This document shows positions 25,695 through 38,550 of a DNA stretch of 64,000 nt, piece after piece. Made by a program: the position numbers and the translations under genes. Under the pieces are notes generated by a model. It was not told the origin of the DNA. It did no database searches and worked only from the letters and a program-made list of their open reading frames with translations. Positions within the stretch are counted from its first letter, which is position 1. Each line of letters opens with the position of its first letter. This DNA comes from Chiloscyllium plagiosum (lineage: Eukaryota): contig NC_057718.1 in assembly GCF_004010195.1 (NCBI RefSeq), forward strand, positions 82,276,458-82,340,457. The letters are read 5' to 3'.

Positions 25695-26490
25695 CAAAAT
25701 AGGTGGTGTAGTGGACAGTGAAGAAGGCTGTCTCAACGTACAACAGAACCTTAATCGGATGGGCTAATGGGCAAAGGAATGGCAGATGGAGTTTAATTTA
25801 GATAAATGTGAGGTACCGCATTTTGGTAATACAAACCAGGGCAGGACTTCCACAGTTAATGATAGGGCCGTGGGTAAAGCAAAGAGACCTAGGGGTGCAG
25901 GTGCACAGTTCCAAGAAAGTGGAGTCACAGACAGACAGTAGTGAAGGCGACATTTGGCACGCTTGCCTTCATTGGTCAGAGCGTTGAATACAGGAGTTGG
26001 GATGTCATGTTGCAGCCGTACAGGATTTTGATGAGGCCACTTTTGGAATACTGCATACAACTCTGGTCATCCTTCTATAAGAAGGATGTAGTTAAACTTG
26101 AGAGGGTGCAGAAAAGATTTACAAAGATGTTGCCAGGATTGGAGGGGTTGAGCTTTAGGGAGAGGCTGAATAAGGTGGAGCTCTTTTCTCTGGAGCAGAG
26201 ACTGACGGGTGACCTTATAAAGGTTTGTAAAATCATGAGGGGCCCAGATAGGGTGAATAACCGAGGTCTTTTTCCTAGGATGGGGCAAGTCCAAACGTAC
26301 AGGACATAGGTTTAAGGTGAGGGAGGAAAAGCTTTAAAAATGACCCGAGAGGTAACTTTTTCATGCTGAGGGTGGTCTGCGCGTGGATCGAGCTGCCAGA
26401 GGAAGTGGTGGAGGCAAGTTCAGATACAACATTTAAAAGGGATCTGGAGGGGTACATGAATAGGAAGGGTTGAGAGGGGTATGGGCCAAA
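25695..26490 (+). mobile_element. CR1 LINE fragment
   Basis: ORF 25941-26309 RPLLEYCIQLWS..KDVVKLERVQKRFTKMLPGL. Confidence 0.9.
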
Positions 26491-27339
26491 TGCTAGTGAC
26501 TTGGGGTTAGGTGCAGTCTTATTGCAAGATGGATGAGTCAGGAGTAAAGAAGCCAATTGGGGCACTTTTTCAAAAAGAATATCAATATCATCAGAAGAAG
26601 TGCTTTTTGTGAAAAAGGAAACTTTCAGATTATCACTGGCTCTTCAATTCTTTGAACATAGCCAAACAGTTGCAATGAAACATTCATCCATATGCACCAT
26701 AATCTGCAAATATTCATGGAAGAGTTTAATACTCAAAATGCAAGACTTATCAGGTGGAGTCTATTGATTCAAACATTCAACATAAATATTGTTCACACTG
26801 CTGGTAAAGGTAATGCAATCACAGATGGTTTGTCCCATATGAGAACTGATGAAACACATTAAAGGATTTAAGAGATGATAAAATATTATAAGACTATGGG
26901 GAGGGGGAGAAAGGATAATTGCATGTAACTCTTTATTTTGTTGTTTTTTGCACGTCACATAACTTGTAATAAAATACACCTTTAAAATGGCATTTCATCT
27001 TTCCTAAGTGGAGATTCGCAAAGACTATCTTCTTATTCCCTTTGTTTTTGGACTAAAGGAACATAATACTTTAAACAAAAAGGAGACTGTGCAAAGACAT
27101 GGCTGCAGTTTTAGAAACCATTTATTGGAGCACATTGTACACAATTCACAATGTTGCACTTTTTACTTAGAGGGAGAGCAAAAGCAGACACTGTGGAACC
27201 AATGGGTTTCAACTAAGCGACAACTGCTTGACACAATGTTTTCATTGGCTCTTTACCGGGTGACAATGGCATTTGAGAGGCTAATGAAGCAGACAACCAC
27301 CCAACTTGTAAAGAGAAAGCATAAAAAAAGTATGTATAT

Positions 27340-28090
27340 GGCAGATCAAATATAATGTGGGTAAATGTGAAGATATGTAGTTTGACAGAAAGATGATGAA
27401 TATTAGTTAAATGGAGAAAGACTGCAGGAAGATATTGCACAAAGGGATTTGAGAGTTCTTGTGCATCAATCTCAAAAAGCTAGCATATAAATTCAGCAGG
27501 TAATGAGGCGGCAAAAGGAATTCTGGCCTTTATTTCAAAGGAAAGGAATAAATAAAAAGATGTCTTGCTAAAACTACACAAGGCACTAATCAGGCCACAG
27601 ATGGAATACTGTGAACAGTTATGGGCACCTTGTCAAAGAAACAATATACTAACATTGGAGGCAGTCCAGGGAGAATCCCACCATACATGGTGGACCATCT
27701 TAGTTGAGTAGGTTGGGCCTGAATTCATTGGAGTTTAGAAGAATGTGAGGTGACCTTATTAAAACATACATGATTCTCAGGAGTCTTGACAGGGTTGATG
27801 TGAAAAATTCCTTCCCCTTGTGGGGGTGTTTAATACCAGAGGGCATAATCTCAGATTAAATGTTGCTTATTTAAGTCAGAGGAATTTCTTCTCTTAAAAG
27901 GATAGTGAATCTAAGGAACTCTTCACCGCAGAGGGCCGTCAAGACTGGGTCATTGTATACTTAAGACTGAGATAGATCATTTTTCTTGATTAGTAAAGGA
28001 GTCAAGAGTAATGGGAAAAAGGCAGAAAGATTGATCAGAGAATTATCAGATCTCATTGTGCAGTGGAGGAGACTCATGAGCTTAGTGACC
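27340..28090 (+). mobile_element. Older CR1-type LINE 3' fragment
   Basis: LYKALIRP.MEYCEQLW remnants; CR1-like 3' region. Confidence 0.7.
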
Positions 28091-28749
28091 AACTTCTAAT
28101 AATTTGGACAATTTCTAATTATCATAGGTTACAGTATCATGGTCAGCTAAGACTAAAAAGGCACACAGGACCTAGCATAAGTAATTCCAAGACAATTGCC
28201 TGGGAAAACAAAATACATCTGCATTTGCAACACTGAGAAAGCTTCTTAAAGTTGGAGAACTCTAAGGGGGTTCTACTCACTTGAAATTACTAGTTTCCCA
28301 GCTTACTTTAGAGGACTGAAAACCTAATCTAATTGCTGAATAATTGAAAGTAAACTCATCATAAACCAACCCTTTCCCACCAAACTGCTACCCACCACTA
28401 ATCTGCTTTACTCAATTAGCATCATACCTGCCCAACCATGTGACCTACTGGAAACACTTACCTGGCATCCCAGTCCTCACCCACATAACCCCAGCTCCTT
28501 TACTTGCCTTATATAGCTTCTTTCCTCAGCTGCTGTCAAATTAACTCCAGGACCATTAAAAAGTTTAACTACTAGCAACATGTGCTAAAAAGAGTGCACA
28601 TCTTGGCCTACATCGCTCCTGCACCAAAAAGATTTTTCCCTGGTTTCCTCCAATGAATGCATTTGAGACAAACCAGTTTCAGAATTCTGGACGGAAAAAA
28701 AAACACACAAAGTCTGGGCCTGGGCATATTCCCATACTGTACTGTCCTA

Positions 28750-29900
28750 CGGTCTATGATAAGGTGGCCTAGGGGGCTTTACAAGGGTAGTAAAAATCTG
28801 TCACAAAGCAATGTAAGAAGATATCAGTTCAGATAACCAAATACTTTGACAAAGGGGTAGCTTTGAAAGAAAAGATTATAAAAAAGAAAGCAAGGTAGAG
28901 AAGCATAAGGAGGAATTCCAAAGTTCATGGTTTAAGCAACGGAACGCACAGCTGGCAATGTTGGAACACAAAATTGAGAAGCTAAACAAGTCAGAATTTG
29001 ATGAACAGGAAATGAACAGGAAGAGAAGGGTGAGGCCATGAAACAATTTGAGAACAAGATTGACAATTTTAGAATAAAGACATTTCATCAGGATCTGCAA
29101 CTGTAGCAATCACCTTTGGGCACAATACGCTAAAACTGGCAAGCAAAGGCTGTTAGGAGATAGAGTTTGGGATGGGGTTCCAAACAATTATTTCAAACTT
29201 CCCAAGATTTAATTGTAAGAAATTCCAACTCATCCAGTACTAGTTATCAGATGAGCAGTCTGATATCATAATCAAAGTAGAGAAGATACAAGAAATGGTG
29301 CTGAGGTAGAGTTGGATGTCTCTAGCATATATACAAAAGATTACTTTGTTGGATGTTGCCATTGTTGGACAACTTGTAGATTAATAATATTAGTGGGGCA
29401 AGGATTAATCGTCAACAACCTTAAAGATAATATTGGGTCAGACAGAAGCCATTGCAAGTGGTACCCCATTTGATCAGATGGTAAAAATAGAACTATAGTC
29501 CCATAGCGAACTATAGTCCCTATAGTCCCATTCAGCAGAACAACAGTGGAGGAGGATGAAGAGGGATAATTTACTTTGTCACAGTCAAAAGACAATTTTG
29601 TAACTGTGATGCCGCTATTTCAGTAAGAAAAATAGCAGAAATCGATTACAGGATACAAACAAGAGTAAGAGAAAATGTTGGTACCGATTTGAAAAATGAC
29701 AATACATTCAATGACTTTGGAAGGGAAGGGAGATTAGTGATGAGTGGTAGCTTACAAGAATATTGGAGTCAAGGGTAGGATTTTTGATGACATAAGCGGA
29801 TTTAAAGAATATAACAGCTGAAGAGAGAGAATTGTTAACAATATTAGATAGTAAAGGAAGTGGGGGTTAGGTAAGGGCAGCGGGGAAGTGGGTCATCAAT
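28750..29900 (-). mobile_element. Ancient L2-like LINE remnants (also ~40100-40650 and ~42250-42950)
   Basis: Shared degenerate blocks (aggaattcca.ag, agatgagcagtctgata) among the three regions. Confidence 0.45.
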
Positions 29901-30886
29901 GGTTTCCTGGTAATGGTGTCAAAACATCAGGTGATACTTATCATGCAGTCTTCACTGACAAGCTTGACTTAAATCATCCAAATAATAATTAAACTTCTAA
30001 AATTTCAGATCAAATCTACATGTGTACACATGCCTAATATGATAGCATAATATGTTTCATGTGTAACAGCTATCAAGATCCATTCATGAGTAATGCAGCA
30101 AGCTATGGTTCATTTTGTATTATCCATCTGTAACTGACATCTGTACTGTTCACATAAATAGGATCTAAAAATGGTACAATATGGAATATAAATTTAACTA
30201 ACTTGTGAACTATGACATTCTACACAAATTGTCACAGCTGAAACATCATACTTTACATATCATTTTGAAGTTTGGAGTTACTCACAGACTTTGCAGATCA
30301 TTTTATTACACAAATACTGCTGACCTAATCTGACTTTCATGTTGCAAGGTAAGTGCATAACAAGTCCAAAACTTCAACATGTACTACAAGTATTGCAAAG
30401 TTAACTTATTTGTTTATAAAAGTTTATCTTGTCCAGCAGACCTAACTTAAATTTCCAAATCATGCAATGTACCTGATTTACACTCTTTGCTCTTGTAGAA
30501 GCAGGAAGGAATCTGCCTCCAGGCAATCTTTTCCTTGGGGGGGGGGGGGGGGTTTCCATTGCTGAGACCAGAACAGCTAGCTGTTCACTCCATCATGCCT
30601 TCTGGAATCCCCTACTCCTAGAACTGCGCAGTTCCCAGCCCTACAATAATCTGAGCTTGCCAACACCACACACCATCCTGACTCAGGCCTGTCTGGAGAC
30701 TCTACCCATGACCTGGAGTCAGCCTGCCTACCACCCCCTTCATACTCAGATGAGTGACACTCATGCCCAACTCAATGCCAAAGAGTGGTCCAGACCAATA
30801 CCCTCCTCACCAGATATCCTAACCCTAAACAACCACCCGGTGCAGCCGGACAATTCTTCAGTTATGCTACTCCCTTGAGTACATGC

Positions 30887-32515
30887 CAGGTAGATAGGAT
30901 AGTGAAGAAGGCGTTTGGTATGCTTTCCTTTAATGGTCAGAGTATTGAGTACATCAATTGGGAGGTCATGTTATGGCTGTACAGGACATTGGTTAGGCCA
31001 CTGTTGGAATTTTGCGTGCAATTCTGGTCTCCTTCCGATCGGAAAGGTGTTGTGAAACTTGAAATGGTTCAGAAAAGATTTACAAGGATGTTGCCAGGGT
31101 TGGAGGATTTGAGCTATAGGGAGAGGATAAATAGGCTAGGGCTGTCTTCCCTGGAGCCTGAATTGCAAACGGTATAGGGCAACAGTGAGGATAATAGACC
31201 CTTTGTTCTTTGAGACATTTATGCCAGTAAGATTAAATCAATTTGAGAGTTGATGAATGGTCAGGGACAGGAGGTTATGACTGTGAGTTAGGCAGATATA
31301 AATACCTCAGCTGCCAAGATATCTCCTGATGTTACCACGGACAGGTCCAATCCCAGAATGAAGACAGATTTGGTAGGTTTTTAAAAAAAATTAACATGAG
31401 TTAGATCTCATGGAATACAGGGAGAACTAGCCATTTGGATATAGAACTGGCTCAAAGGTAGAAGACACAGGGTGGTGGTGGAGGGTTGTTTTTCAGACTG
31501 GAGGCCTGTGACCAGTGGAGCACCATAAGGATCAGTGTTAGGCCCTCTACTTTTTGTCATTTACATAAATGATTTGGATGCGAGCATAAGAGGTACAGTT
31601 AGTAAGTTTGCAGATGACACCAAAATTGGAGGTGTAGTGGACAGCGACGGGTTATCTCAGATTACAACAGGATCTGGACCAGATAGGCCAATGGGCTGAG
31701 AAGTGGCAGATGGAGTTTAATTCAGATAAATGGGAGGTGCTGCATTTTGGGAAAGCAAATCTTAGCAGGACTTATACACTTAATGGTAAGGTCCTAGGGA
31801 GAGTTGCTGACCAAAGAGACCTTGGAGTGCAGGTTCATAGCTCCTTGAAAGTGGAGTCGCAGGTAGATAGGATAGTGAAGAAGGCGCTTGCTAGGATTCC
31901 TTTATTAGTCAGAGTATTGAGTACAGGAGTTGGGAGGTCATGTTGCGGCTGTACAGGTCATTGGTTAGGTCACTGTTGGAATATTGCGTGCAATTCTGGT
32001 CTCCTTCCTATCGGAAAGATGTTGTGAAACTTGAAAGGGTTCAGAAAAGATTTACAAGGATGTTGCCAGGGTTGGAGGATTTGAGCTATAGGGAGAGGAT
32101 AAATAGGCTAGGGCTGTCTTCCCTGGAGTGTCGGAGGCTGAGGGGTGACCTATTGGGAGATTTATAAAATCATGAGGGGGCGTGGATAGGGTAAATAGAC
32201 AAAGTCTTTTCCCTAGGGTGAGGGAGTCCAGTACTAGAAGGCATAGGTTTAAGGTGGGATTGGAAATATTTAAAAGGGGCAACTTTTTCACGGAAAGGGT
32301 GGTACGTGTATGGAATGAGCTGCCAGAGGAAGTGATGGAGGCTAGTACAATTGCAACATTTAAAAGGCATCTGGATGGGTATACGAATAGGAGGGGTGTG
32401 GAGGAATATGGGCTAGGTGCTGGCAGGTGGGACTAGGTTGGGTTGGGATGTCTAGTTGGCATGGACAAGTTGGACCGAAGGGTCTGTTTCCGTGCTGTAC
32501 ATCTCTATGACTCTA
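30887..32515 (+). mobile_element. Composite CR1 locus containing an inverted copy of MGME1 intron 3 sequence
   Basis: CR1 30887-31156, non-CR1 block ~31151-31400 equal to the reverse complement of ~10655-10905, CR1 ~31400-32515 ending ctctatgactcta. Confidence 0.9.
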
Positions 32516-33178
32516 TTTGCACACCAATATACTGCAAATCCATACCACTGCCTGAGCATCTTTGCTGTGTAAGTGCAGACTTTGAACAGTCTCCTCACTT
32601 GCTTCCAAGAGGAATCCAAGACAAAAGGATATCCCAGAAAGCCATCAGCCTGTGATTAGGGTATTATTCAATGAGGGAAAGTTGGCCAGGCTGGGTTTGT
32701 AGCCAGAGTTTATAATGAGAATTTATCATATTGAAAATAGATGATTCTGCAGCAGCGTTTGATAGGGTGCATTCTGAGAAGATGTTTTCTCTTGACAGGG
32801 AGGCGAGAACTAAGGGCACAGTTTAAGGACTTTGAGATAGAGATTAAGATTGTTTTAATCTCAGAAGGTTACTAGTCTGTGGAATTCTCTTCCTTTGAAA
32901 GAAACAGAGGCTGTGTCATTGTATATATTCAAAGTGGAGTTAGACAGGTTTTTTGATATAGGGTAATAAAGGGACTTGGAGGGCAGATGAGAAAGTGTCA
33001 TTGAGACCACAACAAGATCAACAATGATCTTATTGAATGGAGAAGTACTCTCTGCTAAAAGATAGACTTGCCATTGAGGCAGTGCAGCAAAGATTGACCA
33101 GATTGATTCTAGGGTTGGCAGGTTTGACATATGAAGAGATATTGGATTAACTGGGCTTGTATTCACGAAGGTTTTCTC

Positions 33179-33207
33179 GGGGGGGGGGGGGGGGGGGGGG
33201 GGGGGGG
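33179..33207 (+). repeat. Poly-G tract (29 G); shorter G16 at 30537-30552
   Basis: Direct reading. Confidence 0.9.
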
Positions 33208-33579
33208 AGGAGGCCTCATTTAAATATGTAAAACTTTGACAAGGCCGAACAACTTGGAATATAGGAATGATACCACCCTTGACTAGGTGTCCAGAACATG
33301 GATTCATGTTCTCAGGATACAGGGCAAAGCATTTCAAACTAAGATGGAGAATTTTGTTTTTCATTCAGAATGTGGTGAACTTGTGGAATTGTCTGCTGCA
33401 AAAGGCCATAGAGGCCAATTCACTGAAACAGATATTTTGAGGCTAAAGGTGTCAAGGGGTAAGGCATGGAAATGCAGCGATGATCATATTGAATGGCACA
33501 GCAGACTTGATGGGCCAAATAGATAGAAACTAATCAACATTTCTATGTTTCCAAGGTCAGCAGGCAGTTTTTACAAGGA

Positions 33580-36500
33580 TGGAAAAAGACCCTTCAGTCC
33601 ATCAAATCCATGTTGGTCATCAAACATCCAACTATTTTAATCTCTTTCTCCAGCACTTGACCTGAAGCCCTCTAAACCTCCTGGTCCTTAGGGGTCTGGG
33701 TGGGTTGCTCTTCAGAGGGTCGGTGTGGACTTGTTGGGCCGAAGGGCCTGTTTCCACACTGTAAGTAATCTAATCTAAAGGTATGCCCCTGGATTACTGA
33801 CACATTTACTAAGGGAGAACGTTTCTCCCTACTTGTGCCTGTGTGAATCAGAACCCATTCAGCCTTCTTTGCTCTAAGGAAAACAATCCCAGCCTATCTA
33901 GTTTCTCTTCATAGCTAAATCACTCCAGCTCAGGAAAGATCCTTGTGAACCTCTTCTGCACATTATCTAATCCGAACACATCCTTCTTGTAGTGTTGTGA
34001 CCAGAACTGTACAAAATAATCCAGCTGTAGCTCACACACAGCTCCATCATAATCTCCTTCTGTATACAATGCCTTCTTAACCACCTTATTGACATGTCCT
34101 GCTGCCTTCAATGATCTATGGGTATGTACACCAATATCCCTCTGATCCTCTACTTCTCAAGGCCCTATCATTCAACATGTAGTCTCAAAATGCATCACCT
34201 CACTTTTCAGGATTAAATTCCATTTGCCATTGTTCATTCCATCTGAACAGCCCAGTCTAAACTGTCCTCTGCTCTGAGCTTTTCACCTCACTATTTGCCA
34301 CACCATTAATTTTTGAGTCACCAGTGAAATTACTGATCATACCTCATACATGCATGTCCAAATCATTAATGTACACAACAAACAGCAAGGGACTCAGTAC
34401 CAAAACCGATGGTATGCCACTGGACACAGGCTTACAGTCACAAGAACAGCATTCGACCATCGCTCTCAGTTTCTTGCCACTAAGCCAATTTTGGATCCAA
34501 TTTGCCTTGAATCCCATGGTCTTGTAACTGCTCATGTGGTCCGCCATGAAACCTTATCAAAAGGTCTTACTGAGGGCAATGCAGACTACATCAACTACTC
34601 TACCCTCATCTACACACCTAGTCACCTCCTTGAACAATTCAATCAAATTTGTTAGACATGATTGCCCCCTTACAAAACCATGCTGATGATCCTTGATTAA
34701 CACTTGCCTCTTCAAACAGAGATAAATTCTGTCCTTCAGTATTTCCCCCTCACGCCCAAGTCGCCCTAACACACTTACTGGACTCAGTGGTCTGTAGTTT
34801 CCAGGCTTACCTCTACCACCCTTCCTGAATAACGACACATTAGCTGATCCACAGTCCTTTGGCACCCTTCCTGTGACAGATGATTTGAAATTAATGTCAG
34901 AAACACTACAATCTCCCATAGCAACCTTGGATACATCTCACCTGATTATCCACATTCACACCTGCTAAAACTGCTAATTCATTTCCACACCAAGGCTAAT
35001 TTGTTGAACTATATTACAGTTCAGTCTCTCCAATTTCTAGACCTACATCATCCTTCTCTAATGTGAATTCCGATGCAAAGTATTCATTTAAAATCATAGC
35101 TTCATCTTGTGGGTCCACACACACTATCACTTTGGTCCCTAATAGGCCATACTCTTTCACTGGTCATTTTCTTCTAATGTACTTTTAAAAATAACAATTT
35201 TGGACTTCCCTTAACGTTACCTGCTTTTTTTTTTCACATCCCCTCTTGGCACTCCTAAACTCATTTTTAAACAACCCCTTGCACTTTAGGGCATCCACTC
35301 TTTGCACCTTCGGTATCTACCATTAGTCTCCTTTCTTTCTCCATATCCAATCCCTTAATATCCAGGGTCTTCTGCATGGTTGGTCCCACTCTTCAGCTTT
35401 ATGGGGACATGTTGACCCTGCACTCCCACTATTACCCTTTTTAATGTCTCCTATTGCTCTGATGTGGATTTTCCTGAAAGTAGCAGCTCCTGGTCCACTT
35501 TGGCCAGATCCTGTATTAAAACTGGTCTTCCACCAAATTAGAACTTTCAATTCGGGTCCTTGTCCTTAACCATAATAACTTAAATCTTACTGAATTACAG
35601 TCACTATCATAGAAATGTTCCCCCATTGCCACCTACCCAGATTTGTTTTTATAAAATGTGCTGGTTAAGTGAATTGGCCACGCTAAATTGCCCGAAATGT
35701 TTCGAGATGTGTAGGTTAGGTCAGGGCAAATATAGGATAACAGGGTAGGGGATTGGGTCTGGGTGGGTTACTCTTCGGAGGGTTGGTGTGGACTTGTTAG
35801 GCTGAAGGGCCTGTTTCCACACTGTAAGGTTTCTATTCTATGAATTAAATCCAGCACCACCCTCTCTCCCGTCAGACTTAAAAAAGCTCCACGATACTCA
35901 TTTTAAGAATTTTGTCTCCTTTTGGTTTTTAACACTTTGTTCATCCTAGTTAAATTGTGAAATTTGAAATCCCCTATTATTTTTGTATTTTTCAAAGATT
36001 TGCCTACACATTTATTTTTCTCTGTCCCTTGACAGGTCGGGGGTCAAAGTACACCTACAAAATGAATCCTCTCTTTTTGTTTTTAAATGCAAATGGCTTC
36101 ATTTGGAGAATATTCCAATTTTAATTTTTTTTAAAATGTAACCTATTTTTCTAATCAACCTGTTCAGAGATGCTATAACACATCTCTGGAGCAGATAGGA
36201 CTTATACCTGAGCCTCATGGTGTAGTTATGGACACTACCATTGCATATCAAGATCCCTCGAGGAATGTTCTAAGATAATTTCTCTCTAATGTAGTAATTG
36301 ACTCCCTGATTAGCGCTGTGACACCACCTCCTCTTTTGTACCCTATCATCTCATGTGACCATGCTATGCCCAGAATATTGACCTGCCAGTCTTGTCCCTC
36401 CCTCAACCAGGACTGTGATAGAAGTGATATATCTCCATGCAATAATCAACACTCAACTCACTTGCAAGATTCCTTGCATTAAAATAAATACCATTCAGAC

Positions 36501-36910
36501 TTGCCATGGTCCCTTGTGCCTTCACTGGGCTTGCATTACATTTTAAATTGACTTGGTTCATCTAAACTCATCCACGCTTCACACTCTACTGTACCTCCAT
36601 TCTACATCCCATACCCCTAACAAATTAATTTCAACTTTCACCAACTGCACTAACAAACCTGACAGCAAGGATGTTGGTCTCATTCTGGTTCGGCCTTATA
36701 CAGGTCCTACCTTTCCCAGAAGCAAATCCAGTGATCTAGGAATCTGAAGCCCTCCGTCCTACTCCAACTGTTCAGCCACGCATACGAGCATGCGACACCA
36801 TAAATCATTCGAAGATTATAATCATTGAAGTCCTGTATTTTAATCTGCTAATTTCTTGCTGCAGGACCTCATCCATCTTTCTACCCATGTCACTGGTCCC
36901 AACATGAATC
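33580..36910 (-). mobile_element. Near full-span decayed CR1 (ORF1 esterase, endonuclease, RT remnants) with nested SINE pieces at ~33690-33777, ~35655-35840, ~36150-36245
   Basis: HVGTSDMGR (~36880-36905), SWLREGQDWQVNI (ORF 36248-36442), PGNYRPLS..QHGFVRGQSCLTNLIE, LFVVYINDLD. Confidence 0.8.
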
Positions 36911-36914
36911 GCAA

Positions 36915-37326
36915 TCAGGCTGGGGCTGTTTTCCCTGGAGTGTCGGAGGCTGAGGGGTGACCTTATAGAGGTTTACAAAATTATGAGGGGCATGGATAGG
37001 ATTAATAGACAGTCTTTTCCCTGGGGTCAGGGAGTCCAGAACTAGAGGGCATAGGTTTAGGGTGAGAGGGGATATAAAAGAGACCTAAGGGGCAACTTTT
37101 TCACGCAGGGGATAGTACATGTATGGAATGAGCTGCCAGAGGATGTGGTGGAGGCTGGTACAATTGCAACATTTAAGAGGCATTTGGATGGGTATATGAA
37201 TAGGAAAGGTTTGGAGGGATACGGGCCGGGTGCTGGCAGGTGGAACTAGATTGGGTTGGGATATCTGGTCAGCATGGACGGGTTGGACTGAAGGGTCTGT
37301 TTCCATGCTGTACACCTCTATGACTC
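36915..37326 (+). mobile_element. Young CR1 3' fragment
   Basis: Close match to other CR1 3' ends in the window; ctctatgactct terminus. Confidence 0.9.
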
Positions 37327-38038
37327 TTGATGTTCCTAGAAGCTTGTGTCCAGGATGCAGGAAAGCAAAGATAAATTTGAGACAATTCTGGAAAATCTGG
37401 GGACAACTGGCCATCCTGTCTACTCCATCGAACTAGGTAGTGCAGAACCAGGGTAGGCTATTTGAACCAAAGGTGAGACTTGTGTTTCATCCAGACAGTA
37501 GTGTGTGCCTATGGAATTCTCTGCCACAGTTGAATGTATAAGTTAGATATAGTTCTTAGAACAACGACTATCGAAGGGTATAGCAGAGAAAGTGAGAACA
37601 TGGTATTAAGTTGGGTGATCAGCCATAAACATATTAAATACTGGAATAGGCTCGAAGAGCCGAACTGCCTACTCCTGCTCCTATTTTCTATCTAACTGCC
37701 GATGTTCCATACACCTTTATAGGTTTAAGCAACAAATATCTGTTGATTTGTAAAGTTCTAAATGACCTTTAGTATCCACTATCTAGTTTTTTTGGAAGAT
37801 AAAGAGTTTCAGATTCCCACTCCATTAATGGGGGAAGGAAAGTGCTTTCTAATTTAACCTAATTTCCTAATTACACACCCCCCAACCCCATATAGACCCT
37901 CCCGATTGATCAGCACGGCCCACCAACACACAAAATAGCAGCAGCCTGGGCTCAAAACGGATGCTTCTTTCCTGATAGCAACGGAACGACAAGATCAACA
38001 CATTAACCACAAGCCCGAATAAATGTAAACGGACTTAC

Positions 38039-38100
38039 TGCCCAACGGCTCCCGCCGCCGATGCACGGTCAACCCGCGCTACGAGCTGAGAACGCGATCA
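38039..38100 (-). other. MGME1: Probable non-coding exon 1 of MGME1 (5' end approximate)
   Basis: Strong donor GGCA|GTAAGT at 38038 at the edge of the CpG-rich promoter; no ATG in the exon; would splice to the acceptor at 13148. Confidence 0.65.
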
Positions 38101-38550
38101 GGACGCGGCCCCTATTGGGAATTGTAGTTCAGCTCTCCGCTACACGGGGCAAGACGACTGGTCAAAGGCACTACAACTCCCAAAATACATAGCGAAGCGA
38201 GGGCAAGCTCCTGCGCTGGCGCAGTCCGATGCTCTCAGAACTTGCAGCGTGCGCCATGAAGCAACGGGCACGCGCGGATCGCTGCGATTTGCCGTAGCTT
38301 GGTCCCGCCCCTACCAACTGTTGACGGACATTGATCTAGACCAATGAAACTCCGGAATTATGCGAGGGGGCGGAAAGCTGTTTCACCATTAGGAAGGCAG
38401 CAAAGGCGGGGCTGTTGAGCTGACAAGAGTGTGGCTGCTGGTGGTTGAGGTCGGTGGGATTGAGTTGAGTTTTTAGATACGAGCTATTAAGGAAAGAGAA
38501 GTTTGTCGTTCGTTTCAATGTTTAATGTTTTCTTTTGCAGACGAATAGCA

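Larger units (their letters stand above)
24230..26900 (+). mobile_element. Highly decayed Gypsy LTR retrotransposon, Gmr1-like, interrupted by a SINE and a CR1
   Basis: Zinc-knuckle remnant FHCNKGGHLCSE (~24440); ESTGF (~25230); RT LSKIDL, YLDD (~25525), LVINLVKS; RNase H NASDLGLGAVLLQ (~26490) and RLIRWSLLIQTFNINIVHTAGKGNAITDGLS (~26745-26835). Confidence 0.75.

Noticed and set aside
32861..33364. 167-aa ORF with polyproline
   Set aside because: Antisense reading of old CR1 remnants and the poly-G tract
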